Shown one piece after another: positions 43,424-53,086 of a stretch of 64,000 bases of DNA. This DNA comes from Thermoanaerobaculia bacterium (GTDB lineage Bacteria > Acidobacteriota > Thermoanaerobaculia > UBA5066). The notes beneath the pieces are model-generated. The model was given only the letters and a program-made list of their open reading frames with translations, was not told the origin of the DNA and ran no database searches. A program made the position numbers and the translations under genes. The stretch's first letter is position 1. Every line of letters starts with the position of its first letter. The stretch lies in NCBI GenBank assembly GCA_963809425.1, contig CAWEJK010000009.1, positions 319,982 through 383,981 on the forward strand, in the 5' to 3' direction.

Positions 43424-44221
43424 ATGCCGTACGCGAGTCTCGGCGGGCACCGCTTCTACTACGAAGTCGGCGGCGAAGGCGAGACGGTGCTGCTCCTGCA
43501 TGGCTCGTTCGCCGACGCGGATCTCCTCGAGGCGCCCGCCACCGCGGTCTCTTCGGGCTTTCGCGCGCTGCGTTTCGATCGAAGGGGGCACGGGCGCTCG
43601 AGCGACGCGCCGGAACCTCTTTCGCTCGCGGACGAAGCGGCGGAGATGGCGGCCCTTCTCGACTGGTTCTCGGCGGAGAAGACGCATCTGCTCGCCCACG
43701 ACGACGGAGCCGAAGTCGCGATCCAGTTCGCGCTCGACTTCCCGGCCCGGACGCTCTCCCTCGCGCTCCTCGCTCCCACGCTGGAGGGGTTTCCGTGGAA
43801 AGACGAGACGCTCGCGGCCCGGCGCGACCTTCTCTCGGCTTTCGCGCGCTCGCCGCGGGCGGCGATCGAGGAAAAGTGGCTCGCCTCGCCGGCCTTCGAC
43901 GTGGCGCGCGCGCTCGAGGGGCCGTTCGAGCGCCTTCAGGTCGTCTACGGCCGGGCACGCGTCGCGGGCGGGTCGCTCGCGCGTCCCCCGCACACCGGGC
44001 CGACGCAGGCCGAGAGACTCGGCGCGATTCGCACGCGCACCGTCGTCCTCGTGGGCGACCGCGAGGACCCCGAGCGGCTGCGCTGCGCGGCCGCGATCGT
44101 CCAGGGGATTCACGGGGCGGAGGGGACGACGTTCGCCGGCGCGTCCCGCTTTCTCCACATGGAGGACCCGCGCCACGTCATGCGGCGGCTGACGGACTTC
44201 TACATTCCGCCAGAGGAATAG
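43424..44221 (+). CDS. Alpha/beta-fold hydrolase
   Basis: 265 aa with HGSFAD and a GxSxG-like nucleophile elbow region (LAHDDGAEV). Confidence 0.65.
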   Translation: MPYASLGGHRFYYEVGGEGETVLLLHGSFADADLLEAPATAVSSGFRALRFDRRGHGRSSDAPEPLSLADEAAEMAALLDWFSAEKTHLLAHDDGAEVAIQFALDFPARTLSLALLAPTLEGFPWKDETLAARRDLLSAFARSPRAAIEEKWLASPAFDVARALEGPFERLQVVYGRARVAGGSLARPPHTGPTQAERLGAIRTRTVVLVGDREDPERLRCAAAIVQGIHGAEGTTFAGASRFLHMEDPRHVMRRLTDFYIPPEE

Positions 44222-44436
44222 TCCAAGAGAAGAAAGAGAGAGAATACTTTCTTCTGCTATCGGTGGCCGCGTGCGCGGCCACCGGAAGGAAAAACGTGTT
44301 GCCGGGCGGCGGCTGTCAAGGACGCGCTCCGCGCGCCGCGTAGCGGTCGAAGATCCTTGACAGCCCTCGCCCGGCCCAGATTCATTCCCCGGCGGCGGCG
44401 AACTGCGGCGCCGATAGCAGAAATGAATTCTCTCTC
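44222..44436. repeat. ~215-bp palindromic MITE/REP-like element (copy B) between convergent hydrolase and rho genes
   Basis: CTGCTAT / ATAGCAG termini. GGTGGCCGC-GTGC-GCGGCCACC hairpin. Core CTGTCAAGGACGCGCTCCGCGCGCCGCGTAGCGGTCGAAGATCCTTGACAG. Purine/pyrimidine-tract flanks AGAGAAGAAAGAGAGAGAATAC and AAATGAATTCTCTCTCTTAGAGG. Confidence 0.6.
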
Positions 44437-45889
44437 TTAGAGGATGCTCTTCAGGAACTCTTTGTTCGTCTTCGTTTTCCCGAGCTTCGAGAGCAGGAGC
44501 TCCATCGCGTCGATGGGCTTCACCGAGGAAAGGGCCCGACGGAGCTTGTGGATCTTCGGCAGCTCGTCCGGCGTCGTAGAGCTTCTCCTCCTTGCGGGTG
44601 CCGGAGGCCGGGATGTTGATGCACGGGAAGATGCGCCGCTCGAAGAGGCCCCGGTCGAGGATGATCTCGCTGTTTCCCGTGCCCTTGAACTCCTCGAAGA
44701 TGACGTCGTCCATGCGGCTGCCGGTGTCGATGAGGCACGTGGCGATGATCGTGAGCGAGCCGCCGCCCTCGTGGTTCCGCGCGCCGCCGAAGAAGCGGCG
44801 GGGCTTCTCCATCGTACGGGCGTCCATGCCGCCCGAGAGGATGCGGCCGCTGCCGCGCTGCTCGTTGTTGTAGGCGCGGCTCATGCGCGTGATCGAGTCG
44901 CAGAAGATGACGGCGTCGTGCCCGATCTCGACGAGGCGCTTGGCCCTCTCGAAACAGGCTTCCGAGACCGCGATGTGGTGGGCGGCGTTCAGATCGCTCG
45001 GCGACGCGACGACCTCGCCCGTGATCGACCGCTGCATGTCCGTCACTTCCTCGGGCCGCTCGTCGACGAGGAGCATGAAGATCTTCACGTCCGGATTGTT
45101 CTTCGCGATGGCGTTCGCCATCGTCTTCAGCAGGAAGGTCTTTCCGGCTTTCGGGGGCGCGACGATGAGACAGCGCTGACCGCGGCCGATCGGGGCGACG
45201 AGGTCGAGGACCCGGCCCGAGATCTCTTCCGGCGCGGTCTCCATCCGAAGACGCTCGTCCGGATCGACCGAGATGCCCTTGTGAAACTGGATGTACTTGC
45301 CGCGATATTCCGCGGGATCCAGGCCTTCGATCGCCAGGATCTTCTGGACCATCGGACCCTTCGGTCCTCGTGACACGGCCTCGGCCTCCACGAGGAGCCC
45401 GTCCTCGAGATCTTCCGACTCCACGAGGAACTTCGGAAGGAAGGGATCCCCCCGCTCCGCGAAGTAGGTCTCGGACGAGACGAGCGTCCCGGAATGGTCG
45501 CCGTGCAGCTTGACGATGCCGCTGACCGTCGTGCGCGGTTGCTGGGCGGCGGCCACCGGCTCGACACGAGCCGCGTACCGGCCGCGCGCTTCCGGCGAGA
45601 CGGCCTCGGCGACGTTCGTGACACCGCCTTCGCCCGGGCCACCGGGCCCTCGCCCGCGGCCGCGGCGGCGCCGGCGGCGCCGCCGCCGGCGGAACGGATC
45701 GAACGCGCCCCCCTGGGACGCATCGCCCTCGCCGGCCGGCTGCCCTTCGGTCGAGCCGCCCTCCAGGGCCTCGCCCTCGTCGCTTTCACGACTGTCTCCA
45801 CCTGGGGAATCGGCTTCGAATTCGCCCTCAGCGTCGACCGCCTGCGGGTCGTCGTCGGGCGCCGTCAGGACTCTGTCCTTCGGGTCCAT
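44437..45889 (-). CDS. rho: Transcription termination factor Rho (with acidic/RG-rich N-terminal extension); apparent frameshift near 44570-44600
   Basis: Start at ATG 45889 (MDPKDRVLTAPDDDPQA), 14 nt downstream of a GGAGG ribosome-binding site; the RNA-binding (KLHGDHSGTLVSSETYFAERGDPFLPKFLV) and ATPase (APIGRGQRCLIVAPPKAGKT, ...FPCINIPASGTRKEEKL) domains are present. The conserved C-terminus (LTTPDELPKIHKLRRALSSVKPIDAMELLLSKLGKTKTNKEFLKSIL, stop at 44437) is in a different frame from the ORF-track reading. The span is 1453 nt, which is 3n+1. Confidence 0.85.
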
Positions 45890-46220
45890 CTCACTCAATC
45901 GGTCCTCCGGGGTTGGCTCCTCGTACCGAGCCAACGGACTTCCCTCGTGGCCTCCGGTCGGAGACGGCGTTCCATGGTGAACGCACGGGTCTTCCGGACT
46001 TCGGGCCCCTGACTTGGGTTCTCCCTGGCGGGGCGGCGCGGTTTCGTCGGCTTGTCGGCTTCGCTCGCCGTTCCGGTGCCGGTTCACGGCGCCGTGGGGC
46101 TCCGACGTTCGAGGCCGCCCTGCAGAAAGGAATGCTACGCCAACCGTCCGGGGCGCGTCAATCCGGCCACTTTCCGCGACAAACGGGGCGGAACGGACCG
46201 TGCATCCGGGGGTCGCTACA

Positions 46221-48857
46221 ATGCCCGACGTGACACGCATGAAGTCTCCCCGTCGTTTCCTTCGATTCGTGGTCGCGCCTGTCGTCCTTGCCGCGCTTCC
46301 AGCCCTCGGACAGACCCCGACGCCGACACCGACTCCGACACCCACGCCGAGCGCCACGCCGACGCCGACTCCGTCCGGGACGCCGACCCCCACTCCCGCT
46401 CCAACGGCGCGCCCCGTCTCGGCCGGCTCCGAGGTCTGGACGTTCACCGGCGCGGGGAACTACGACGGCTCGAACCTCGTCAAGGACTCGAGTGGCGCGA
46501 TCTGGGCCGTGTCCGCCGCGGAAAACGCGATCTCCCGCATGTCCGCGGACCGCACGAAGCTCTCGCGCTGGATCATGGCGAAAGACAGCGCCCCGAGCTC
46601 GCTTCTCCCCGACTCCGACGGTACGTTCTGGGTGACGGAGCTCGGCGGCTTCAAGGTCGCGCATTTCGACCCCGCGAGCGGGAACGTCACGGAGTACGTG
46701 GACGGCGCACGGCGCCCCACGGCCCTCCTAAAACGGCCCGACGGCAAGTTCTGGCTGCCCGAGACCGGCGGCCTGCTCGCGCTGTTCGACCCCGCCGTCC
46801 CGAACTTCGTCTATTACCAGACGCCGGGCGTCATCTACCTCTCCTATCCCTGGCAGGACGCCGATGGCACGCTCTTCTCGCTCGACTTCGTCTACGGGAT
46901 GATCGTGCGCTGGGCGCCCGACCTGTCGACGTCGCGTGTCTGGACGATTCCGACGACGTCGTTCTCCCCTTCGAAGATCGTGCGCCTCGCCGACGGCAAG
47001 CTCTGGATCTCCTTTTTCAACTCGGGGGAAATCGGGCGGTTCGACGACCAGACGGGCACGCTCGACATCTTCACGCTGAATGCGGGCTCCTTCCCCTTCG
47101 ACCTTCACAACTATCGCGGGCTCGTCCTCTACTCCGACCTCGGCGGTCAGGTCGGCTTCCTCGATCCGGCGAAGGTCGCCCCGTCGTCCTCGACGACCCT
47201 GACGCAGGCGGACGTCGTGCCGGTCGTGCGCTCGACCTTGCCGACGACGGCCGTCACGACCACGCTCCCGTTCGACGAGCAGGACATGATCCCGCCCTTT
47301 TCGGTGCTCGACGCGGGAAGCAGCGAGGCTCCCGGCCTGGCGCAGATTCTCGTGAACGGCGGGAGCGCGCTCTGGGGACTCCTGATCGACGAGGTGCGGG
47401 GCCGCATCTTCTTCGGAACGATCGGCGCGATCGGCATCCTGGGACCCCCGCCGCAGATCGACGTCCGGGACCTGTACCTCGCCTCCGCGTCCGCCGCGGC
47501 CTTCTCTTCGGAACCCGCCCGCGCGTACCGCACCGGCATCGTCACCTGGAACCGTGGGACGCCCGACGCCACGGGGGCGACGAAGACCCTCAACAGCATC
47601 CAGCGGATCCTGCCCGACGGGTGGATCGCCGGGCTGTCGGGAACCGCGACGACGGCGGTGCCGGCCGGAACGCTTCTCGCGCAGGAGGACGTCGTCGGCA
47701 CCGCCATGGACTCCGCCGGCGTCTTCGGCGGCCTTCAGATCACGTCGGACGTTCGCGACGACGCGTTCGCGTGGTCGCGCGTCTCGCTGCCGGCTCCCGG
47801 CGGCGGGACCCTGGGGTTTGCCGCGAACGCCGTGAAGGACGCGGTCGGACTCGGCGCGGGCGACACGGGCTTCCTGTTCGCCTCCCCGGACGCGGCGCAG
47901 CGCACGATCGCGGGGCTCCTCGTGACGCAATCGTCGAGGGGAACGCTCTCGATCGTCGACGCGAGCGGCGCAACGAGGGCCACCACCGCGTACGACTGGC
48001 CCGGCGGTTATCGGGTCCAGCGCACCTCGATCTTCGATTCCTTCGGCCTCCCGCCCCTCCCGTCCGCGCGCATCGTCTGCAAGGTCACGACGGGGCGTGT
48101 GCTGCTTTTCGGCACCGCCGTCGATCCGGTGAGCGGCGACGGGGCGAACCTCGACACGATCGGAGCCGCCGCCTTCTCCGCCGGGCTCCAGATCACCGGC
48201 TTTGCGCGCGGCGGGGGACTGTCGTCCACACTCCAGGTTTTCAACCCCGGGGCCGACCCGGCGCACGTCAACCTCTCCCTCCGCGTGGCCCAGCCCGTGG
48301 ACGGGCCCGCGCTCTCGCCGGCCCCGTTTTTCACGACGGCCACCGTGCCTCCGGGAGCCGTGGCGACGCTCGACCTGAGCGGCGCCGGGTCGACGGTCAC
48401 CGGTACGCTCGACGTCTACTCGGACCAGTCCGTCGCGGCCTTCGCGACGTTCCGCACGGCCCTGCCTTCGGGCGGAAACGCCGTCTTCACGGCCCCCGCC
48501 GTGTTCTTCGCGTCTCCCACGGGGGTCTCCCCCGGATCGCGCGGCGTCTTCCTCGCGGCCACGCAGAACGACTCGTTCTCGTCGACGATTCAGCTCACGT
48601 CGACGTCCCCGAATCCCGGCGACGTGACCGTGAACTTCGTGGGCGCCGACGGGACGGCCACCGGCAGCCGCACCGTGACCGTTCCTCCCTGGGGCGTCGT
48701 CTCTCTTCCGGGCTCGCCGGCCGGCGTCGCCACCGATCTCGGGCGCGTGGACGTCGTCCCGGCCGACGGCACGACCCCGTTCCTCATGGTCCTTCTCCGG
48801 CAGGACAGCAAGACGCTCGATACGGACATCATTCTGCCGCTCGTGACCGCGAAATAA
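46221..48857 (+). CDS. Large secreted protein with (Thr-Pro)n linker and beta-propeller-like body
   Basis: Signal peptide (MPDVTRMKSPRRFLRFVVAPVVLAALPALG) is followed by QTPTPTPTPTPTPSATPTPTPSGTPTPTPAPT. The remainder has repeated aromatic/Gly-rich beta-strand character. No recognisable enzyme motif. Confidence 0.5.
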   Translation: MPDVTRMKSPRRFLRFVVAPVVLAALPALGQTPTPTPTPTPTPSATPTPTPSGTPTPTPAPTARPVSAGSEVWTFTGAGNYDGSNLVKDSSGAIWAVSAAENAISRMSADRTKLSRWIMAKDSAPSSLLPDSDGTFWVTELGGFKVAHFDPASGNVTEYVDGARRPTALLKRPDGKFWLPETGGLLALFDPAVPNFVYYQTPGVIYLSYPWQDADGTLFSLDFVYGMIVRWAPDLSTSRVWTIPTTSFSPSKIVRLADGKLWISFFNSGEIGRFDDQTGTLDIFTLNAGSFPFDLHNYRGLVLYSDLGGQVGFLDPAKVAPSSSTTLTQADVVPVVRSTLPTTAVTTTLPFDEQDMIPPFSVLDAGSSEAPGLAQILVNGGSALWGLLIDEVRGRIFFGTIGAIGILGPPPQIDVRDLYLASASAAAFSSEPARAYRTGIVTWNRGTPDATGATKTLNSIQRILPDGWIAGLSGTATTAVPAGTLLAQEDVVGTAMDSAGVFGGLQITSDVRDDAFAWSRVSLPAPGGGTLGFAANAVKDAVGLGAGDTGFLFASPDAAQRTIAGLLVTQSSRGTLSIVDASGATRATTAYDWPGGYRVQRTSIFDSFGLPPLPSARIVCKVTTGRVLLFGTAVDPVSGDGANLDTIGAAAFSAGLQITGFARGGGLSSTLQVFNPGADPAHVNLSLRVAQPVDGPALSPAPFFTTATVPPGAVATLDLSGAGSTVTGTLDVYSDQSVAAFATFRTALPSGGNAVFTAPAVFFASPTGVSPGSRGVFLAATQNDSFSSTIQLTSTSPNPGDVTVNFVGADGTATGSRTVTVPPWGVVSLPGSPAGVATDLGRVDVVPADGTTPFLMVLLRQDSKTLDTDIILPLVTAK
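46312..46400 (+). repeat. Tandem ACNCCGAC(N) hexanucleotide-type repeat encoding the TP linker
   Basis: ccgacgccgacaccgactccgacacccacgccgagcgccacgccgacgccgactccgtccgggacgccgacccccactccc. Confidence 0.5.
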
Positions 48858-48876
48858 GGGAAGGTAAGGAGAATCG

Positions 48877-49785
48877 ATGCAACCGAATCTCCGGAGTGCC
48901 GCGTGCGTAGCGGCGGTTCTCCTCGCGTGGCGTGCTCCGATCGCCGCCCAGGAAGGCATCAAGGGCGTCGCCACGGACGTCGGGAACCGCTTCATCAATA
49001 CGAACACTCCCCTCACGAACGACCCGGGGGTCTTCGAGGTCGTCATCACGCACCGCTTCGACCAGCCGGTCAAGGATGCCGCCGGCAGCAACCTCTGGGG
49101 ACTCGACGGCGCCGCCGAGATCGGCCTCGGCGTCGAATACGTGCCGCTTCGGAACGTCGCGGTGCAGATCTACCGTGCCCGTTCCCATGCCGACTACGAG
49201 TTCGCCGCGAAGATCACGCTCTTCACGCCGACGAAGGACGTCCCGATCGGCATCGGCGCCCGCGGGGGCGTGAACTGGCTTTCAGGCTCCGACCTCGCGG
49301 GCTCCGGCCTCCGGAAGCAGTCCGGCGGCTTCGGGCAGCTGCTCGTCTCGGCCACGCTTCTCGACCGCGTGACGATCGCGACGGCGCCCACCTACGTCCA
49401 GCGCACGCCGATCCAGTCGAAGGTCTGGAGCGTTCCCGTGATGGCCCAGATCAGATTGACGAAGTCCGTCGCCCTCATCGGCGAGTTCATCCCGAGGTCG
49501 AAGGCCGACCTGAAGGGATTCGACGTCGGAACGGGCACGTTCGTCGACGTGGCTCCCGTTTACCAGTGGTCGGTCATGCTCGAGAAAGCCGTCTTCCACC
49601 ACAGGTTCGGGCTCTATCTCGGCAACACGGTCGCGTCCACCGTCGACCAGATGGTGGGCGGCGATTTCGGCGCGGCCCGCACACTCGACCAGGGCGGCAA
49701 CAGAGTCGTCGTCGGCGGTGTCACCGACCGGAACATCCACTTCGGTTTCAACGTGACCCGGAGCTTCGACTTCCCCGCGAAGTAG
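48877..49785 (+). CDS. Secreted/outer-membrane hypothetical protein
   Basis: AAGGAGA ribosome-binding site; signal peptide MQPNLRSAACVAAVLLAWRAPIAAQ; beta-rich composition. Confidence 0.45.
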   Translation: MQPNLRSAACVAAVLLAWRAPIAAQEGIKGVATDVGNRFINTNTPLTNDPGVFEVVITHRFDQPVKDAAGSNLWGLDGAAEIGLGVEYVPLRNVAVQIYRARSHADYEFAAKITLFTPTKDVPIGIGARGGVNWLSGSDLAGSGLRKQSGGFGQLLVSATLLDRVTIATAPTYVQRTPIQSKVWSVPVMAQIRLTKSVALIGEFIPRSKADLKGFDVGTGTFVDVAPVYQWSVMLEKAVFHHRFGLYLGNTVASTVDQMVGGDFGAARTLDQGGNRVVVGGVTDRNIHFGFNVTRSFDFPAK

Positions 49786-49851
49786 GAGCCGGAACGGAAA
49801 GGGGCCGCCCCCGAGGGAGCGGCCCCGCCGATTCGAGCGCGAAGTCGAACG

Positions 49852-52800
49852 CTAGAACGAGACGCGCGCCCCCCACTTCAGCTGGTAGCGCGAGCGGAGG
49901 TCGCTCGTGCTGTATTGCCGGTCCACGTTGACCGCGTTCGCATTGACCGTGTAGATCGGCTTGCCCGTGGCCGAGTCGATCCCCGAATAGTTGAGCGCGG
50001 TGTACGTCTGGAAGTTGACGAAACGGAGGAGCCCCGAGTTGCTGTCGATCAGATTGATCAGGTTCAGGACGTCGAAGGTGAGCTGCACCCGGACCACCGA
50101 GATCGGCAGCTCCACGTCGTAGTGGAAATCGAGCGAATGAAGCCACGGGGCGTCGAGCGCGTTGCGCGGCAGCGATCCGGCCGCGGTACTTGTCGAGGCC
50201 CGTCGTCGAGAGGAACGTGTTCCACGTCTCTTCGGTCGGAGCCCCCGCGCCCCTCCAGACGATGTCGCTGTAATTCGTCGGCACGAAGATCTGGTCGTTG
50301 CCCGAGGCTCCGTCCTTGTTCGGGTCACCGCCCATCAGGATCGAGTAGGGCTGCCCCGACTGCGCGAAGTAGACGAGCCCGACGTTGTGGTTCAGAGGGC
50401 CCGTCCGGAAGGCCTGCGACACGACGAGGTTGAAGCGATTCGGCACGTCGAAGAAGGAGCGCGTGAGCTGCTGGGTATCGATGTCGCCGTTCCCCGTCTG
50501 GAACTGCCAGTTCGAGTACGCCACGCTGGAGGTCCCCTCGAACGCGGCCTTCGCGTTCATGTAGGCGTACGTCCCGTTGACATAGAGACCGAAGGGGAAG
50601 CGCTTCTCCAGCTGCACGACGAGGTTCTGCTGCTCGCCCTTGGACGTGTTCGAAAGGAAGGTGACGTCGGAGAACGAGGTGCTGGAGTTCTTGTAGATGG
50701 GCGCGCCCCAGAACGTCGTGGTGCCGGACGGGACCTTGTTCCTGTTGTAGTAGAAGATGTCCTGCAGCGTCTTCGTGAACATCGCCTCGATGCTCCCGCG
50801 GATCCCGAACGGGAGCTCGCGGTCGTACGCCAGGGTGGCGCGAAGAACCTGGGGGAACTTGAAATTGGGATCGATGGTGTCGACCGAGACGGCGCCCGAT
50901 CCGGGCGGGAAGTTCTTCGGCGGGTTGTTCGGATCCGGGTTGAAGGTGACGTTCGTCGAGCTCAGGCCCGTGATCTCGATTCCGGTGCCGCCGTAGGCGT
51001 TGGAGATCCAGACGAACGGCGTGCGGCCCGCGAAGACGCCGACGCCGCCGCGCACCTGATCCTTGCTCGATTCGCTCGGGGTCCAGTTGAAGCCGAGGCG
51101 GGGCGAGATCATGAGCTCGTTGTTCGGGACGTTGCTCGTGTCGATCCCGAAGGTGCTGTTGACGAGCGGGTTGAAGGTCGGCTGGTCCGTGAGCCGCGGG
51201 AGATCGGCCCGGATGCCGAGGTTCAGCGTGAGGCGGTTGTTGAGCCTCCACTGGTCGCCCACGTAAAGGCCCCACTGCTGGGCACCGAACTGGGTCGGCC
51301 GGCGCGGATCGGCTCCGTTCGCGAACTTGACCTGGTACCGGGCCGCCTTGCCGGCGTCGAGGTCGTCGATGCTGTTGAAGAAGTACGTTCCGTAGACGTC
51401 CTGGATGAAGAGGTTCTCGAACTTGAAGAACTCGTCGTGAGTTCCGAGCGTGATCGTGTGGTTCCCCTTGATGAGCGTGAAGTCGTCGGTGATTTCGAGA
51501 ATGTTCTGGTTCAGCGAGTTCGCTCCGGACGAGCGCTCGGTCCCGGCGACGAGGTTGTAGGTCCCGCCGCCGGTGCAGCTCGTGTTCGGCGATTTGCAGA
51601 CGTAGACCGACGGGAAGGACACCGGCACGGCACGGGCGTCCCGGATCGTCTGGTAGCCGACGCGGCCCTGGTTGAACGAATCGGCGCCGAAGACGCTGTT
51701 GACCTGCAACACCCCCGAGTTCGTCTTGTCGGTGATCGCGTACCCGGCCGTCTCGAACGTAAAGGCGCTGGAGCTGCGGCTCTGAGAAATGATGTCGCTC
51801 AGGGCGTCGATGTAGTTGTACCGGAACGTCACCTGGTTGGAAGGCGTGGCGTTGAGGTCGAGCCGTCCGAACAGCATGGGGGTGCTGTTCGTCCTCTGGT
51901 TCGTGTCCCCGAGTCCGCCCGGGTTGTAGCCGTACTTGCTGGTCAGGATGCTCTTGAACCGGGCCGCCCCAGCCGGGTCGCCGTACGTGTTGCTCGTCGA
52001 GCCGTCGGCGGACCCGCCGGTCGGAGCCGAGAGCTTGTTCCTCTCGCCGCTGACGAAGAAAAAGAGATTGTCTCTCAGGATCGGTCCGCCCACGCGGGCG
52101 CCGATCTGGTCCGAGTTGAAGGAAGCGAGCGGCTTGTCGAGCGCATCGCCGCTGGCCTGCGGGACCTTGCTGCTGATGTAGCTCTCGTTCCGCTTCGAGC
52201 CGTAAACGGATCCGTGAAAGTCGTTCGACCCGCTCCGCGTGACCGCGTTGATCGCGCCGCCCGTGAACCCGCCCTGCTTGACGTCGTAGGGCGACACGGC
52301 GACCTGGATCTCCTGGATCGTGTCCAGCGAGATGGGCTGCGTGTCCGTCTGGCCGCCCGGGGTGCCGGTCGCGGCGAGCCCGAACAGGTCGTTGTTGACG
52401 GCGCCGTCGATCTGGATCGTGTTGTAACGATTGTTCTTTCCCGAAATGGAGATCTGGGTTTGCGTCGAATCGAAGGCCGCCACGTTGACGTAGGGGCTCA
52501 CCCGGGCGAAGTCCTGGAACTGCCGCCGAATGGTCGGCAGGGACTTGATCTCGGCGTCCGAGACCGACTGGGAGGATCCCATCCGGTCCGGGCTGATCAG
52601 CGGCATCGACTCGGCCGTCACGGCGACGGTCTCCTGCACGCCCTCGAGGTCCATCTCGAACGTCAGGTTCCGCTTTTCTCCAAGACCGATTTCAATGCCG
52701 TTCTGGGTAGGGGTCTTGAAACCGCTGAGCTTGGCGGAAACCGCATACGGGCCGCCGACGCGGACGTTCAGGATGTTGAAACGCCCGTTCGCCCCGGTGA

Positions 52801-52999
52801 CGGCGGTGTAGTGCGTGCCGGTGGGCACGTGGAGGGCCTCCACCGTGACGCCGGGCAGGGGGCTCTTGTCCGACTTCATCGTCACGAGCCCCTGGAGACC
52901 TCCGGCGGTCTCCTGGCCCATCGCCGCCGTTGCGACCCCCAGGGCGCAAACGACAGCCAAGGCGATCAGCACACCTGGTGATTTCGGTCGATCTTGCAT
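49852..52999 (-). CDS. TonB-dependent outer-membrane receptor with N-terminal carboxypeptidase-regulatory-like domain; apparent frameshift near 50160-50175
   Basis: A GAGGAG ribosome-binding site precedes the ATG at 52999 (MQDRPKSPGVLIALAVVCALGVATAAMG). Plug-region motifs are present (…ISGKNNRYNTIQIDGAVNND…). The canonical C-terminus (...DLRSRYQLKWGARVSF, ending in Phe) is in the frame of ORF 49852..50328. The span is 3n+1. Confidence 0.75.
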
Positions 53000-53086
53000 G
53001 CTCACTTCTCCTCTCATCGAAATACGTAAATGGGTATTTTGGAAACTACGGGCTGAGACGCATGGCGTGGATTTCATTCGATTTCG

